In this document: piece after piece, positions 54,725 to 64,000 of the stretch
Numbering within the stretch: position 1 is the stretch's first letter
Layout of the letters: each line of letters begins with the position of its first letter
Source: Schmidtea polychroa
Taxonomy: Eukaryota
Length of the DNA stretch: 64,000 bases
Direction: 5' to 3'
Assembly: GCA_044892525.1 (NCBI GenBank)
Contig: CM097885.1
Location: 17,548,001-17,612,000, forward strand
Translations under genes and position numbers: made by a program
The notes under the pieces: model-generated
Databases searched by the model: none
Seen by the model: only the letters and a program-made list of their open reading frames with translations
Told to the model about the DNA's origin: nothing

Positions 54725-55225
54725 ATGAAAACTATATTCATATTGCTAATTATTATAACGAGTGTGTGCTCACACAATACAACAATAACAGTGAAGTCTT
54801 TTAATAAATCAATATGTGTTTGTCCGAATACCGCCAAGTTGATGGATATTTTATATATCCTCGATAAACCAAATTGGTCAAAGCATCCAGGAAAAAGAAT
54901 ATCTCAAAGATTGGAGAATTTAGAAAACAGTTATGAACTATCATTTGCATATATACAAAATATAAAAATTAAATTGATTGATCATATTGAAGTTTTCAAT
55001 AACTCTATTGTTGAAAATAAGAAGAATATGAAAATTATTGATAAGAAGCATGATTATTTGTTAAAAAAGATTGAATTATTATTAAGAGAAATTAAAACAA
55101 TCAAAGGATCAATAGAATATCTGAAAATCAATTCAACGTTACCAATTTCAAACAATAATGCTGCGAATAGTAGTACATCAATATTAGGTTTACCTTTGTT
55201 AGTTTTACATTATTTTTTTGTTTAA
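54725..55225 (+). CDS. Predicted secreted/surface coiled-coil glycoprotein with GPI-like C-terminus
   Basis: Signal-like MKTIFILLIIITSVCS, several NxS/T sites, a heptad-like central region, then a small-residue stretch and a hydrophobic end (NSSTSILGLPLLVLHYFFV). Confidence 0.7.
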   Translation: MKTIFILLIIITSVCSHNTTITVKSFNKSICVCPNTAKLMDILYILDKPNWSKHPGKRISQRLENLENSYELSFAYIQNIKIKLIDHIEVFNNSIVENKKNMKIIDKKHDYLLKKIELLLREIKTIKGSIEYLKINSTLPISNNNAANSSTSILGLPLLVLHYFFV

Positions 55226-55366
55226 ATAAATGTATGTTTTGTTGATTTGTTTAATAATACCCTTGTGAGTTGTTGAGCGTGAGCAATACCCTTTTGAGCA
55301 TTACCCATTGGGGGAGAAAATATTTTGTCGGATAAACTCGGGGCAGTACCCTTGCGAGCAATACCC

Positions 55367-62273
<6,907 letters not shown>

Positions 62274-62330
62274 CAAGACCAAAGTTGGAAAATGCTTCAA
62301 AGAAATGTTGAAAAGATGAAGAAATTTCTT

Positions 62331-62341
62331 AAAGAAGGGGA
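62331..62341 (+). promoter_or_regulatory. Gypsy polypurine tract
   Basis: AAAGAAGGGGA immediately precedes the 3' LTR. Confidence 0.85.
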
Positions 62342-62706
62342 TGTGAGGTGTTTTCAGCTGAGAGTTAAATATTTCAATGATTTATCAAAATAATTTTAAA
62401 TTGTAAATAATTGACTATTTAAATAACTTTTAAATAATTTTTAAATTGGATTTTTTAAGTTGAAATATTTGAATTAAAAATTAAAATAGCTTTTTAAAAA
62501 GAAGTTTTATTAATGAAAATTTTTTAAATAAATATGTTTTAAATATTGAAGTATTTTGATAAATGATTTTGAAAAACTTTTATTCAACGCTGAAAATTTG
62601 TTTAAAATTAAACAATATGTGATATAATAAATATTTGGAATTATGTCGTTCACTTTTGAACCGGATTTAAAAAATAATTTAGAAGATGTGTTAGCAGCTT
62701 CTAATA
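62342..62706 (+). repeat. Gypsy 3' LTR
   Basis: Direct repeat of 29238-29626, roughly 15 differences by hand count. Confidence 0.92.
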
Positions 62707-64000
62707 CTTTCGATCAAGCTACCACTTACATAGTGATTAAAACGGGTCTTACGATATTTTTTATGTTAATAAAAGTTGGATAATATTTTTTTGGTTGTAT
62801 TTAGTTAATCTTTTTAGACATTATTTTTTTATTGTATATTTTTCAACACACATTCACCCCAGCTGCCCCAAGACAGTTCATTTACTGGTGACTCGGCTGG
62901 GCTCTTCAATTCTCCCCACACACACACACACACAAGCACCTAAAATACACAAATATAATATACACGTATAAACTATTAAACTTTATAACAGATATAACAA
63001 ATATTGTAATTTAAATGAATTTACTTGTTTATCAGATGTTATAATTAGTTATCAGTCTCTTTTGATAATTTTATGATAATTATTTTTAATGTAGATTGAT
63101 GACATTGATAATTGTAATGAATTTATACTGAATATTTGGAATATTTTGAGTAATCAGTCAATCAATTTGAGTACATGTATTACTTTTAAAAAAATAATTA
63201 AAATTAATTTATTTCAATTAATTTATTCAATTTAAATCAATTATCTACTTGATCTTATTTCAAAATTCTTATTAATTTATTATCTTAGTTGATGATTCAT
63301 ATTAACTTGAATGATTAGTATTTTTATTTACTAGATGATTAATGACTAGAATTTAAAGTTATTTGTTGTCCATTAATTACATTTTTATGATATTTATTTA
63401 TTATGTTTTGAATAATTTAAATTGTAATTAAAAATATTTTTGAACACAAATTAAAAATAAATTTAAAAAGTATTTGATAAAATATTTAGTTGATTGTAAG
63501 AGGTTAGTACTTGGTATCTGGTACCTAATCGGTTGCTTGTTGTTGGTTGTTAGTATATATTACCTATTTGTAGGTATTTAGTACTTATTTGTTAACGCCT
63601 AGCAAAAAATATTTAGTAGCTGGAAGTTGGTATCAGATATTAGGTAATATAAAAATTTCCATTAAAAATTATCTTAAAAAAATCTACATTTAAAATGAAC
63701 TTAAAAAAATATTCCATAAAGATTAAAAATCTATTAAAAATTTGCTTTGAAAAATATTTCATTAAAATTTTCATTAAAAATTACATTTCTCAAAGGAGTT
63801 ATTCAATCTTTTTTTAATAAATTAAAAAAATATTACTTTGATTTATTTATTACATTACTCTAATTTTCTTATTTAAAAATTATTACTTTAATTTACTTTT
63901 ATTTACTTTTATTTTTAAATTTTTACTTTAATTTACATAAATTAAAAATATTACTTTAACTTTAAAATGTTAGACCATTGATTACTTAATTTTAAAAATT

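Overview
AT-rich eukaryotic genomic DNA full of (ATT)n microsatellites, probably from an invertebrate. A triclad flatworm host is plausible from base composition and the 18S fragment, but this is inference only. Bases ~2.6-27.4 kb hold a spliced host gene for a two-domain cyclic-nucleotide-binding protein. Its introns are packed with transposon debris (pogo, hAT, Helitron, solo LTRs), an 18S rRNA fragment and a CstF-77 fragment. Bases 29238-62706 are a decayed Gypsy LTR retrotransposon. Its integrase is interrupted by a complete 27.8-kb Maverick/Polinton (34484-62273; AGT..ACT ends, 6-bp TSD CAAGAC, ~4.7-kb inverted arms). The Maverick has the core virus-like genes: pPolB, adenain-like protease, major and minor capsid, chromo-integrase, packaging ATPase and a basic core protein. 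Several of these carry in-frame stops. It also has an accessory block that the ORF track largely hides because many of its genes are split by 39-46-nt introns: a TBP-like protein, a tail-anchored Bcl-2-like protein, an IAP-type RING protein, a triple-SIM acidic protein and a signal-peptide/coiled-coil/GPI-like protein. The integrase has an intron made almost entirely of (ATT)n beside a catalytic Asp. All homology calls are by-eye motif recognition; no searches were run.
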